Below, one piece after another: positions 1-9,160 of a DNA stretch of 31,790 nucleotides; the stretch's first letter is position 1; every line of letters starts with the position of its first letter. Under the pieces are notes generated by a model. That model was given only the letters and a program-made list of their open reading frames with translations, was not told where the DNA came from and did not search any database. Both the position numbers and the translations under genes were made by a program. The DNA is from a virus (Duplodnaviria; Caudoviricetes), in IMG/VR virus record IMGVR_UViG_3300027835_000489, positions 1 to 31,790 of that record; one strand, given 5' to 3'.

Positions 1-1134
1 AAGCCCTTTTGTACCTGCTTTTACAATATTATTAAGGGCTACCATTTCCTCGCCTGAACCCATCCCCATTGCACCTGCAACTTTTTGTCTATTTTCATCG
101 CTGAGGGATTTTAGTTTTTCAAACTGTTTGACCATATTGTCAATGCCTAGGAACTTACCTTTCGCATTGGTAAATTCTAGATCTATGCCAAATTTTTCCT
201 TGACTTTATTTTTATTGGAAGAGCTTGCGAACTTAATTGAGTCATTAATAATTGCACCTAGGCTTGTACCTACTGCCTCTCCGGTCATCCCATTTTTTAC
301 CAATAATCCAACAAGCGGTTCTATTTTTTGCGCGGTTATAATTCCCTCTAAGCCTAAGCCTTTAAGGGTACCTCCTACTTTACTAAAGGCATATTGGAGC
401 TGTGTTAAATCAGCCCCCATGTTCACCATACGTTGGATATTATCAATGAATGGATTGACATCTTTATCCGCAATTGATAAAGATTGTTTAAAAATCGCTA
501 CCGATTCTGCCGCTTGCTCATAAGGAACTTTTAAAACAACTGCCATTTTTGCTGATGCTTCTAGCGCACCACCGACAATACTTTGTTCTGTAATACCAAG
601 GCTTTTTAGCTTTGTCGCCATCTCATAGAAGTCTTTAGCTGTACCAGGTAACTGAATACCCAACTGAATTGCTTGTTTTGAGATAGTGTCAAAAAATGGG
701 CTTACGCTTCCGTTACTTTTCATCAGCACACTTTTTAATTCTATTTGTGCTGATTCAAGATCAGAATACGATTCAATAACCGTTGCAACTGCTCCTTTTG
801 AAACTAAAAAGGCACCTTGAGAAACAGCCCCTATAGTAGTAATTGTTTTAGTAAGAGTCCCTAATTTTTTGGTTGTTTCCTCTGATGCTCTTCCCGTATC
901 CAATAAAATAGTTCTAACCCCATGGAACCCACTTGTTATAGGTGCTAAAGCGCTACCCATCCCTTGTAGCTTTTGTGTTGTCCACTTGAATGAACCACCT
1001 ACGTTCTCAGTTCGACTGGAAACCCCTTGCATAGTTGATGAGACCGTTTTTAACTGTGTATTTACTTTGCCAAAAATAGGAGAAAACATATCTTTTGCAG
1101 TGAGCATAATCCCTAATGTCATCATTTTATCCAT
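1..1134 (-). CDS. Phage tail tape measure protein (N-terminal part, runs off the left edge)
   Basis: Not in the ORF track because it has no stop in the window. Read manually: ATG at 1134 after an AAGGAGA SD, MDKMMTLGIMLTAKDMFSPIFGKV...AIQLGIQLPGTAKDFYEMATKLKSLG...; Ala/Gly-rich helical tape-measure core; follows tube and E/E' genes as in P2. Confidence 0.9.
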   Translation of the reverse strand, partial: MDKMMTLGIMLTAKDMFSPIFGKVNTQLKTVSSTMQGVSSRTENVGGSFKWTTQKLQGMGSALAPITSGFHGVRTILLDTGRASEETTKKLGTLTKTITTIGAVSQGAFLVSKGAVATVIESYSDLESAQIELKSVLMKSNGSVSPFFDTISKQAIQLGIQLPGTAKDFYEMATKLKSLGITEQSIVGGALEASAKMAVVLKVPYEQAAESVAIFKQSLSIADKDVNPFIDNIQRMVNMGADLTQLQYAFSKVGGTLKGLGLEGIITAQKIEPLVGLLVKNGMTGEAVGTSLGAIINDSIKFASSSNKNKVKEKFGIDLEFTNAKGKFLGIDNMVKQFEKLKSLSDENRQKVAGAMGMGSGEEMVALNNIVKAGTKGL

Positions 1135-1149
1135 GGTCTCTCCTTTTTT

Positions 1150-1158
1150 TGGTATACT
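1150..1158 (+). promoter_or_regulatory. Extended -10 promoter (TGgTATACT) for the antisense 67-aa ORF
   Basis: TG-n-TATACT at 1150-1158; the ATG at 1165 lies 7 nt downstream with no SD. Confidence 0.5.
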
Positions 1159-1164
1159 GCTTTT

Positions 1165-1368
1165 ATGAACACGATCAAATTAGCAATCGGTCTTATTTTA
1201 GGCATATTTGTTTCTGCCCTAATAGCTTCTATTGTGATGATAATCATTGCGGCGATGGGCTTTGATAACGCATCCCCTTATTTTGGAGTGCCTGTTTTTA
1301 TCCTCTTGTGCGTATCCACTATTGCCCGCTTTGTGCGAGAAGAGCACACTCATCCACAAACTGCATAA
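1165..1368 (+). CDS. Small two-TM membrane protein, moron-like, antisense to the tail operon
   Basis: 67 aa with two hydrophobic stretches (LAIGLILGIFVSALIASIVMIIIAAMG; YFGVPVFILLCVSTIA); fills the gap between E' and the tape measure gene; has its own promoter-like sequence. Confidence 0.6.
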   Translation: MNTIKLAIGLILGIFVSALIASIVMIIIAAMGFDNASPYFGVPVFILLCVSTIARFVREEHTHPQTA

Positions 1369-1465
1369 ATACTGACATATCCATATCCATCATATCGCTA
1401 TACCCAAAATGGAGCCAATGCCCCATAATAGACATAGCCTTGATAGAATCATCACGACTTATTAC
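1319..1465 (-). CDS. Tail assembly chaperone frameshift extension (P2 gpE'-like)
   Basis: The -1 frame after TTTTTTG reads VISRDDSIKAMSIMGHWLHFGYSDMMDMDMSVFMQFVDECALLAQSGQ*, resembling the P2 E' pattern; TAG at 1321-1319. Confidence 0.8.
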   Translation of the reverse strand, partial: VISRDDSIKAMSIMGHWLHFGYSDMMDMDMSVFMQFVDECALLAQSGQ

Positions 1466-1722
1466 AAAAAACTCTTTAGAGCCTCTTGCACTTTTGAGAA
1501 ATCTTTGAGTGTTAAATCCGCTACATCATCCGATGTCATAACACATAAATTACCAATGAGTGCAATTTCACGCTTTAATTCATCACTTTCATGTGATACC
1601 ATCATCCCGTCTTTAACTTTTGGCTCACGCATCTTAATTTTTATACCATTGGATATGGTAATTTCTTTATCTCCATTTGGAAGATCAGTAATATACTCAG
1701 GAGCTTTTTCATTTTTTTTCAT
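1462..1722 (-). CDS. Phage tail assembly chaperone (P2 gpE / FluMu gp41-like)
   Basis: 86 aa, 'MREPKVKD...ELKREIALIGNLC...DVADLTLKDF' pattern; between tube and tape measure; ends AGT TTT TTG TAA. Confidence 0.85.
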   Translation of the reverse strand: MKKNEKAPEYITDLPNGDKEITISNGIKIKMREPKVKDGMMVSHESDELKREIALIGNLCVMTSDDVADLTLKDFSKVQEALKSFL

Positions 1723-1736
1723 AATTCAATCCTTTT

Positions 1737-2234
1737 TTACAAAATATGATTACGTAGATCAGCGTACAGATCCACACCGCCGATAACACATACGAGGTTC
1801 TTAATATCAATCGCAACTACAGGTATGTTATTAATAAGCAGCGCATACGATGAAACTGCAATTTCAAGTGTCAATTCAACCTCTTTACCTCGTTCTGGAA
1901 ACGGGTTATCAATAACTTTTACATTTCCACCTAGTGTCGCCATGACTGGGACTGCTTTACCGTCTTGTACGGTTGAACCCTTACAGATAATGAGAGTTCC
2001 GGTGCCGAAGAGATTACTCGCAGCTGTGTAGGCAAGAGGGTTAAACTCATTAAAGACGATCTTTGCACTCATCGCTTTAATTAGAGGTATTACCTCTTCC
2101 ATAGCCATTGCCCCATCTCGCTCGATGGTTTGATATTCAATTTTTGGAAGTTCACACGTTTTGCTTACTCCCACGTTTCCGATACCATCCAACAGGATGT
2201 TCATATCAGTAAATACTTGACGACTTCTACCCAT
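1737..2234 (-). CDS. Contractile tail tube protein (P2 gpFII-like)
   Basis: 165 aa, 'ELPKIEYQT', 'IDIKNLVCVIGGVDLYADLRNHI' C-terminus typical of FII; follows the sheath gene. Confidence 0.9.
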   Translation of the reverse strand: MGRSRQVFTDMNILLDGIGNVGVSKTCELPKIEYQTIERDGAMAMEEVIPLIKAMSAKIVFNEFNPLAYTAASNLFGTGTLIICKGSTVQDGKAVPVMATLGGNVKVIDNPFPERGKEVELTLEIAVSSYALLINNIPVVAIDIKNLVCVIGGVDLYADLRNHIL

Positions 2235-2244
2235 AATTTTCTCC

Positions 2245-3345
2245 TTATCCGTTAATAATGTTCAATAGAACATCACTGTAGTTATCCACATAAACAAGCT
2301 CAATATTTAGCTCACGAATCGTTGGCATGTCTTGCACTTGAACCGTTAGGTAGAATTGACCATTCGTGACCGTGGCTTTGGTATTCTTGATCGGATCAAA
2401 GAACGCATCAAACCCAAGAACAACCCCTGCACCTTTAAGACCGTTCATGAACTCAACCACTGATTGTCGAACATACACGAGTTCATCCGCTCCACGGTCA
2501 CGTGCCCACTTTGAAGCCAACGTAATCGCACGAAGCATCTTGTAAAAAGAGCGAACACGATTAAGTGGTTGCCAGATCGGATCGATATCGGTTGTCTCAA
2601 ATCCATATGAACGCCAACCTACATCACGAACAATAGAGGCAATCCCTTTATTACGTAACCGACGTGCCTCTGAGTCTTGACCATCCGCATAATCAATAAT
2701 GCGATTAGTCGCGCTCACTGACTTGACTACACGGTTAGATGCGCTCTCAGCCCATCCAAATGGGTTACTCGCATCCATAGCGGCAATCAACCCAGCCCAC
2801 GCAGGAGAGGATGGCATATCGATACCGCCAATGGTTGCCGTAGTAGGACCGACTAATAAAACAAATCGACTCCCAAAATTTGCCCCATAGGTTACTGCCA
2901 ACGGTTCAGTGGTAGCCGTAACATCTACAATAGCCGTTGCCCAAAGGCGAGAGGCTATAGCATCTATTGCCAAAGCTACCGTTTTAGATCCTGATTTATC
3001 AGGACATACAATCAGATCAGGACGATAGCCCGTAATCGCTTCTGCTGTGCTCAACGCATTAATCGCAGTGATGATCTGTGCTTCCGTTGCCGTATCCGCC
3101 ACTGCATTGATAATGATCGGACAAGATACCCCTTGAGCATCAATAGCCAAAAGTGCATTTTTAAGCGTACCTAATGTTTCTCCGGCAAATGCAACAAGCG
3201 CTAACTCAGCATTTCCAAAAAACTGTAACCCAAGCGTCCCTACATCAGTAGTCCCAACGATCGCGATCGGCGTTGATGATTCCACCGTACTCGGACGCGC
3301 TGCATTAACACTGATACTTCCATTTATTCCAAAATTTAAGCCCAT
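2245..3345 (-). CDS. Tail sheath protein (P2 gpFI-like)
   Basis: Sheath motifs (PIAIVGT, WAESASNR, GWRSYG, GQFYLTV). Start set at ATG 3345 after GGAGG; the ORF track extends to 3360. Confidence 0.9.
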   Translation of the reverse strand: MGLNFGINGSISVNAARPSTVESSTPIAIVGTTDVGTLGLQFFGNAELALVAFAGETLGTLKNALLAIDAQGVSCPIIINAVADTATEAQIITAINALSTAEAITGYRPDLIVCPDKSGSKTVALAIDAIASRLWATAIVDVTATTEPLAVTYGANFGSRFVLLVGPTTATIGGIDMPSSPAWAGLIAAMDASNPFGWAESASNRVVKSVSATNRIIDYADGQDSEARRLRNKGIASIVRDVGWRSYGFETTDIDPIWQPLNRVRSFYKMLRAITLASKWARDRGADELVYVRQSVVEFMNGLKGAGVVLGFDAFFDPIKNTKATVTNGQFYLTVQVQDMPTIRELNIELVYVDNYSDVLLNIING

Positions 3346-3379
3346 AACGTTACCTCCCATATTTTTGATAACTGATGCA

Positions 3380-4015
3380 TTATTTCCCCCAATAAATTAA
3401 TTGATAGCTATTGCCATCTTCGCACAAATCCCATCCCCACTTGCGACCGAATATCGTGTGTAAAAAAGGTTGGTTTGGCTTCTGCCACTGCATATATAAG
3501 AAGTTTTGAGCCGTATTGCGTGTGTTCCAAAACATCGATGCAAAGAAGTGGAAGTTATCTTCACGAGCGTCTCCCAAGTCAAACGCATTACCGAACTGTT
3601 TACGCTCTGCACCTTTAAGAAAGAACGCCCAAAACTTAGACTTTCGTAGTTCTTCTACTCGACTGATATCAAACGTATCATCGTTTGCGTCAGAGTCAAG
3701 GAAGCCCCAAATTAACCAATAGACAAGTTGGTATTCAAGCCAAGATATTTTGCGATAGTGGATAAACCCTTTTTCTTGACAATGTTTAGATTCAATCTCC
3801 CACCCAGATATAACCAATGGGTAAGGAGTAATACATATTGAGGTTAGGAACCGCTCTCGTAACCGCTTCAAATAGATCCTATTTTGCAGGACATAGTTAA
3901 ACACCACATTATTCGCATAGCGTCGAAACGGTACCGAGACAAAAAACCAAACATAGCCGATCAGCTTTGACAGTACATGCCAAACAAGGATTAAGATATA
4001 TTCTAAGTACTTCAT
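3380..4015 (-). CDS. Hypothetical Trp/aromatic-rich protein with hydrophobic N-terminus
   Basis: 211-aa ORF coupled (ATGA overlap) to the upstream gene; no recognisable motif. Confidence 0.6.
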   Translation of the reverse strand: MKYLEYILILVWHVLSKLIGYVWFFVSVPFRRYANNVVFNYVLQNRIYLKRLRERFLTSICITPYPLVISGWEIESKHCQEKGFIHYRKISWLEYQLVYWLIWGFLDSDANDDTFDISRVEELRKSKFWAFFLKGAERKQFGNAFDLGDAREDNFHFFASMFWNTRNTAQNFLYMQWQKPNQPFLHTIFGRKWGWDLCEDGNSYQLIYWGK

Positions 4016-4350
4016 GAGTTCGCTCTCACAAACGCACGGGCTTTATCACGCTTAGCATAAAGGGCATCCATATCCTCACCATCTTTTGGTGTATAGCGTG
4101 GTAAGACTTTAAAGTCTGTAGCCGATAAAAACGATAGTTCTTCTTGCACTTTTTTAGATGTTTCCATTGAAGATAAAGCAGATTCAGAGACTTTAATTTT
4201 CCCATCTTCGATTACAAGATCTTCTTTTTTATGAATAGCAAATTGTTGCCATACACTTGAAGGCACTGTAATAAACGGTTCTTCCGGCTCAAATCCAAAA
4301 GCCCCAGTAACGTTGTTTTGTTCATCATGAGTAATAAAAATTTCATTCAT
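4012..4350 (-). CDS. Putative tail fibre assembly/chaperone protein
   Basis: 112 aa directly after the fibre gene; C-terminal 'LSATDFKV...KRDKAR' typical of fibre-associated small proteins; GGAG SD. Confidence 0.55.
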   Translation of the reverse strand: MNEIFITHDEQNNVTGAFGFEPEEPFITVPSSVWQQFAIHKKEDLVIEDGKIKVSESALSSMETSKKVQEELSFLSATDFKVLPRYTPKDGEDMDALYAKRDKARAFVRANS

Positions 4351-4359
4351 TGTGTCTCC

Positions 4360-5376
4360 TTATTTATGTGGATAAGCAGTAATCGCGATGGATTCCCATG
4401 CGGCTACTCCTGCTGGTAGAACAGCGTAATACATACCCGCAGGTATAACTGCACTCATAGTTCCGGATTTTGTATTGGCATTAATGTCATCGCCAAGTTG
4501 TGCCAAAACACGAGTTGGAACATTCGTGTTTCCAACAACGATTTGTGCTCCATTCATATAGGAGCCATTCAAGTTAACAATCAACGTCAAATCGCTAGCT
4601 GCTTGATAGACAGTGTTATAGGTAATTGAAATATTGTTATCGTCATACATAGGAGTTCTACCTGTACGGGATACAACCCTATAAAATAAGCCTCCATCAG
4701 ATTGAATAATTAGGGTTTCTCCGGAAACTACTTTAAGAGACGCGGATTCGATCGAGTTGCCATTTAATGCAATAGTTACCGGAGTATAAGGGGAAGTTCC
4801 TGCATTCTTTAGAATAAAACAACTCCCTGATACTATGGTATTAATAGGTGGAAGTGTCACGGTAATGCCAGGACTACATATTTGCATTTTTCCGGAATTA
4901 GCCTGAGTAAGAGTAAAAGAGGCTAATAAAGTACCGGACTGCTGTCCAAGGCTCCCGATAGTAGAAATATTTGCATATAGCCCATCAAAATACATTTTTA
5001 AAGCAGCTTTTAAATTTGCTCCTGTAATCTTTCTCCATGAAGTGGAAGCTGCATCAAAAAACCCAAAAATATCCGTATCGTAAAAACTTGTATTGGCCGT
5101 TGCATTATTAGTCGCAGTACCTATTACTTCAATATCTGCAGTCCCATCAAAAGCAACCCCATTGATATTGCGAGGAGTTTTAAGCTTTGTTGCCATAGCC
5201 GCATAAAAATTTGATCCCGTAATAAAATCTATTGCTGCTTTCAAATATGATGTACGGTTGGCCAACTGCTTTGCTTGCAAATTGTCGATACCATTTGCTC
5301 CACCAACTACCGGGTCAGTTATTTCAAGTTGATAAATGCCTGATTCGTATGTACCTGTTTCAGGTAAAAATGCCAT
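4360..5376 (-). CDS. Tail fibre protein
   Basis: N-terminal 'GIYQLEITDPVVGG...QAKQLANRTSYLK' attachment domain, fibre repeat 'ATKLKTPRNINGVAFDGTADI', beta-rich C-terminus; follows gpI. Confidence 0.85.
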   Translation of the reverse strand: MAFLPETGTYESGIYQLEITDPVVGGANGIDNLQAKQLANRTSYLKAAIDFITGSNFYAAMATKLKTPRNINGVAFDGTADIEVIGTATNNATANTSFYDTDIFGFFDAASTSWRKITGANLKAALKMYFDGLYANISTIGSLGQQSGTLLASFTLTQANSGKMQICSPGITVTLPPINTIVSGSCFILKNAGTSPYTPVTIALNGNSIESASLKVVSGETLIIQSDGGLFYRVVSRTGRTPMYDDNNISITYNTVYQAASDLTLIVNLNGSYMNGAQIVVGNTNVPTRVLAQLGDDINANTKSGTMSAVIPAGMYYAVLPAGVAAWESIAITAYPHK

Positions 5377-5942
5377 TACGCACCTCCTCTATTATAATTT
5401 CCATCTCTAAATGTTGTTCCGTCATGTTTATTAGCTACATTCCTATAATCGATACGAATGAGTCGTGAACGTACAGGGGCGACACTTTCGATTAATCGGC
5501 GCATCTGTACTGCTTTTGTGTTATTCATTGATCTACTTACAAGAACTACAAACTCAGCCCATTGAGAGAGATACCCATGCTGAGTCAGTCCATTACGGGT
5601 AGTCGTTCCATCTCTTAGATTCGAAAAATTACCCTCAAATACTTGGGCATTGACATCGATTACGTTGATTGCTTGACGCACTGCCCAAAGAGTCCCACGT
5701 CGTTTTTTGATAAGCGGCATCCGCATGATAAAATTGCGCTGCTCTTGCTCACTGAGATTATCCCACCAGTATTCGATACCGTAGAATTTTCCAAGTGCCG
5801 GAAGAAACCGAGCATCGCATCGCATAGGATCAAGTAATGGAGCATTCCAAATCGAGGCTGCAATACGCGCTCTTACTTCTTCGCTGAGATTATCAAGGTT
5901 GTGTTCTCGCTCGCTGTAGTGAGCCGGTAATAGACTAGGCAA
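5376..5942 (-). CDS. Baseplate/tail protein (P2 gpI-like)
   Basis: 'SLLP...DPMRCDARFLPAL...KKRRGTLWAVRQAI...APVRSRL' pattern typical of gpI. Confidence 0.9.
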   Translation of the reverse strand: MPSLLPAHYSEREHNLDNLSEEVRARIAASIWNAPLLDPMRCDARFLPALGKFYGIEYWWDNLSEQEQRNFIMRMPLIKKRRGTLWAVRQAINVIDVNAQVFEGNFSNLRDGTTTRNGLTQHGYLSQWAEFVVLVSRSMNNTKAVQMRRLIESVAPVRSRLIRIDYRNVANKHDGTTFRDGNYNRGGA

Positions 5943-7002
5943 CGGATACCCCCATCGAAGTTACTATAGCAACTTGCTCACGGGTTACCACCACGGTAGC
6001 TACTGGGGCATTGAGGGTTACATCAAGTACTCCATCGACTGATAGAGCGGATATGATAGCTCCGACCGTCACGTTATCACCGATCTTAATCGCACTTAGA
6101 CGTTGCGCCAACCGTATATGTGCCTCATTGAGGGTGGTCGCTGTATCACTGCCTTCTGCGATCTTAAGAGCGGCATTAACCGTATAGTTGATTATCCCTG
6201 CCGCACGAACGAGAACGGTATCGGTAAGCGGATGGACCGTCTCGCCCGAGGTAGCATTAACAACTCTAGAGATCATCGTCGCATCTACACCGCTTAGAGA
6301 GTGAACGATAACGTCCACCGTTCCGGACGTTGAGCTGAAAACATTAATATCATCGATACGGGCATCGGATTTGAGAGCATGAAGCTTATAGCTGTTTGCA
6401 CTTCCGGCAGTTGTCTGATCTTCGAATGATAATTGGATACGTGAGCGTACTGCTTCATCGCTCTCTTTATCGCTTCCACCCGCATAGGCTGAAATCGACT
6501 CAACTTTAGAGAGATAGGGTTTAGGATTCAACGTCGCACTCACCGTTGCATCGCTAGAGCTTACATACAATTGCAATTCAGCCGTTCCATTGGCACTTAA
6601 ACTTCCCATTGGGATAGTCACTGCGCTTAAAAGAAGCGACAAACTTCCGTCACTATTTAGTATTTCTAACCCCGCATCAAGCGTATAGTCATACGACAAA
6701 GTTGTATTAAGGGTGAATGTGACGGTGGCCGTCGGTTTGGCTCCCTGTAGTCGGTAAACATCGAAAAAGGCCGCTACAAAATCGAGGTTAGTACCCGTTG
6801 CACTCTGCCAAAAACTGCCAATAATCTGTGCATTGAAAAAGTTTCGAAGCATCATTTCGCGATAGGCGAATGTCTCAAGAACGGGCATTACATCGTCTGA
6901 CTCATTAGGCACATAGCCAGGTACTCTCATCTGATGGATGGCTACCAATTCAGCAACGATCTGCTCAAACGTTTTAACTTCACACATTGGAGGGATTAAC
7001 AT
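5935..7002 (-). CDS. Baseplate wedge protein (P2 gpJ-like)
   Basis: 'LETFAYRE', 'ATGTNLD', 'GGSDKESDEAVRSRI...TAGSANSY' baseplate J motifs. Confidence 0.92.
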   Translation of the reverse strand: MLIPPMCEVKTFEQIVAELVAIHQMRVPGYVPNESDDVMPVLETFAYREMMLRNFFNAQIIGSFWQSATGTNLDFVAAFFDVYRLQGAKPTATVTFTLNTTLSYDYTLDAGLEILNSDGSLSLLLSAVTIPMGSLSANGTAELQLYVSSSDATVSATLNPKPYLSKVESISAYAGGSDKESDEAVRSRIQLSFEDQTTAGSANSYKLHALKSDARIDDINVFSSTSGTVDVIVHSLSGVDATMISRVVNATSGETVHPLTDTVLVRAAGIINYTVNAALKIAEGSDTATTLNEAHIRLAQRLSAIKIGDNVTVGAIISALSVDGVLDVTLNAPVATVVVTREQVAIVTSMGVSVA

Positions 7003-7277
7003 TACGCTACCCCTACGATGGTGTTGCCATTATTGAGAGTAAGTGCGAAGGAGAATACTCCGTTCACTGTATCGATATTTTTGAGCTCGACTTTAGTGAC
7101 TTTGACACTCTCCCATTTCTCAATCGCCTCTTTGCAATATTTGGCAAACATAAGGCGTACCTCTTGGGTCAACGCACGATCACGAAGACGGTAAAGCTCA
7201 GAACCATAAGTCGGTAGTCCGACACGCTCCCCCAATCGGGTCGTAAGAATACGGGTAATACGCTGTGCTAAATTCAT
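7002..7277 (-). CDS. Baseplate protein (P2 gpW / T4 gp25-like)
   Basis: 'ILTTRLGERVGLPTYGSEL...AIEKWE' signature. Confidence 0.9.
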   Translation of the reverse strand: MNLAQRITRILTTRLGERVGLPTYGSELYRLRDRALTQEVRLMFAKYCKEAIEKWESVKVTKVELKNIDTVNGVFSFALTLNNGNTIVGVA

Positions 7278-7816
7278 GGCCGTGTTCCCGTATTGGATGG
7301 TCCACTCATTACACCACCATGGACGTGAGAGGAGAGAGAACCTTTTTCATCGGTGATAGTTCCGCTTACAGTTAGGTTTCCAGTGATAGTGACATTTCCG
7401 GTAATTGCAGTATTTGCAGTGACAGTGATTCCTGATGGAGCCGTAATCCCAATACTCCCGACTGCATTGATTGTAAGTGCTTTGGCAGTCGTGTCGTAGG
7501 TAATAATTGTCCCGTCTGAAAACTCGATACCAGATGTATGATTATTTGCCCATACAGGTTCTTTACAATCCTTATTATAGATAGACCCCTCGGCATGACC
7601 TCCGTCTGTTTCACCAAATGGAAATTTAACTTCGACCTGTTCTCCGATCTGAGGCGGGATCCATATCTTGATATGTTTACTAGCTTTCATGACGTATGGA
7701 ATCCAATCTGTAACGCGCTCGAAGATTTGAACACGCACCAGTGCTTTACCGTCGGGATCAACTGCGGTGATGGTTCCGTATTGGATAAGGTTTTCAGCTT
7801 CCATCACATCTCCCAT
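7274..7816 (-). CDS. Baseplate spike protein (P2 gpV-like)
   Basis: 'TDWIP...WIPPQIGEQV', 'FSDGTIITYD', C-terminal metal-binding HxH ('SHVHGGV'); true start may be 7804. Confidence 0.92.
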   Translation of the reverse strand: MGDVMEAENLIQYGTITAVDPDGKALVRVQIFERVTDWIPYVMKASKHIKIWIPPQIGEQVEVKFPFGETDGGHAEGSIYNKDCKEPVWANNHTSGIEFSDGTIITYDTTAKALTINAVGSIGITAPSGITVTANTAITGNVTITGNLTVSGTITDEKGSLSSHVHGGVMSGPSNTGTRP

Positions 7817-8220
7817 GCCGCAGTGGAATATTCCACACTAAATTTCATTCGTGATCCGCCGTAAAAATGATCTTGATGTTCTGCCAAAGTATCATCCCCA
7901 TCATAGGTTCGATATTCGATAAAATCATCTCCCTCAGTACCTATGGCAGTTAATACACTTGACATGATTTTGCGTAGACTTTTCATTGTTGTATTTTTAT
8001 CAGATACTAAAATATCCACCTCGATCGATAACGAATAAGAGAGTGATCCGCTTGTTCCAGAATCAGGTTTTGAGCTGACGTCACGGACTACGATAGCCGG
8101 CATATCTTTTTCACTCAGTTTGTGGACGATCCACTCATCAACTTTGACGATTCCATCCGATACTTTAAGAGCGGATAGACGTGCTACAAAAACATCGATG
8201 ATCGCTTGACGCTTACTCAT
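7804..8220 (-). CDS. Tail terminator/completion protein (lambda gpU-like)
   Basis: 138 aa, 'KRQAII...DMPAIVV' pattern; position after the head closure gene. Confidence 0.65.
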   Translation of the reverse strand: MSKRQAIIDVFVARLSALKVSDGIVKVDEWIVHKLSEKDMPAIVVRDVSSKPDSGTSGSLSYSLSIEVDILVSDKNTTMKSLRKIMSSVLTAIGTEGDDFIEYRTYDGDDTLAEHQDHFYGGSRMKFSVEYSTAAWEM

Positions 8221-8519
8221 GGTCTATCCTCACTTAAATATATTTTTTGAATCCCGCCGGATGGCTTGTCTAAATCTAAGACATAGAAAATAGTGCCGTC
8301 GATTGTTATCAAGTCTCCATTTTCTATACCTTGGATGTCACTTACTTTACAATGACATGATGGTACCTCTCCATGAACTTCATGTGTTCCTGAAAAAATC
8401 ACATCGCTCTTACTTCTAAAATTAACTGAAATCTCAACCCCGTTATAAAGCGCAGTCGATCCAAACTCATCTGTATTTAAAAACACGTCCAAATCTTTTT
8501 CTAACTGCGCCTTAAACAT
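8217..8519 (-). CDS. Head-tail joining/head closure protein (lambda gpFII-like)
   Basis: 100 aa, 'VFLNTDEFG...GDLITIDG..FYV' pattern; synteny. Confidence 0.7.
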   Translation of the reverse strand: MFKAQLEKDLDVFLNTDEFGSTALYNGVEISVNFRSKSDVIFSGTHEVHGEVPSCHCKVSDIQGIENGDLITIDGTIFYVLDLDKPSGGIQKIYLSEDRP

Positions 8520-8800
8520 TACTCTACCCCGTAGTGCGCTTTTAGCGCTTCGATAAGAGTTGCTTTTTTGCCATCTACAGTTTCGATTTTCAGTTCAGCG
8601 ATACGTTTTTTCATATCGTTAAACTCCATAGCATCGATAGACTCAGCAGTGACTTCGATTGTCTCTTCCGGTTTGGATGAGCGTGTTGCTGTACCTGCTC
8701 CGATCATTCGGTTCCCGAGATCATCACCGACCTCGATTACCGTACCCGCTTTATGATTTGTCCCACGATAAGTTTCGGAACGTTCAATTATTACCCACAT
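8519..8800 (-). CDS. Hypothetical head-associated protein with C-terminal HeH/SAP-like helices
   Basis: 93 aa, 'HKAGTVIEVGDDLGNRMI' and 'KKATLIEAL'; typical small gene downstream of a capsid gene. Confidence 0.5.
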   Translation of the reverse strand: MWVIIERSETYRGTNHKAGTVIEVGDDLGNRMIGAGTATRSSKPEETIEVTAESIDAMEFNDMKKRIAELKIETVDGKKATLIEALKAHYGVE

Positions 8801-8808
8801 GACTGACC

Positions 8809-9150
8809 TTATGCCGCGTTTATTTTGACGTAAACAGTCCCTGCGGCTGCAGCGGCTTTAGCACTCACCGCACGACCTGCACGTGTATTTGACGTTGCGG
8901 TAGTTGTAATCGCTCGGGTGGTTGCATTGAAATATACGACATCTCCGATAGCCATTACATCAGCTGTAGTCGCATTGATCTCGTATACATCTTCAATCTT
9001 AAGCCCGATAACCTCACCGGTTAAACCGCTTGTTACAGCGATACCGATCATACCGGTGCCTAGAACTACAACATCACCTACATCGATTGCACCCGGACAG
9101 GTATAATCGATAACATCACCTTCTTGAACTTCAATTGCTTCTTTTGCCAT
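8809..9150 (-). CDS. DUF2190 family capsid cement/decoration protein
   Basis: 'VQEGDVIDYT...GDVVV..GIAV...GDVVYFNAT...G.AV..AAA..GTVYVKIN' pattern; immediately after the capsid gene. Confidence 0.85.
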   Translation of the reverse strand: MAKEAIEVQEGDVIDYTCPGAIDVGDVVVLGTGMIGIAVTSGLTGEVIGLKIEDVYEINATTADVMAIGDVVYFNATTRAITTTATSNTRAGRAVSAKAAAAAGTVYVKINAA

Positions 9151-9160
9151 GGGTTACTCC

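Noticed and set aside
128-1168. Plus-strand ORFs 128-523 and 869-1168
   Set aside because: Antisense shadows of the tape measure gene. The same applies to most short opposite-strand ORFs over the structural and early genes.
4012-5376. Tail fibre inversion or diversity-generating retroelement
   Set aside because: No invertase, reverse transcriptase, inverted fibre cassette or TR/VR duplicate was seen in the window.
8809-9150. RecA/RadA recombinase label often attached to DUF2190
   Set aside because: No Walker motifs; size and position fit a capsid cement protein.
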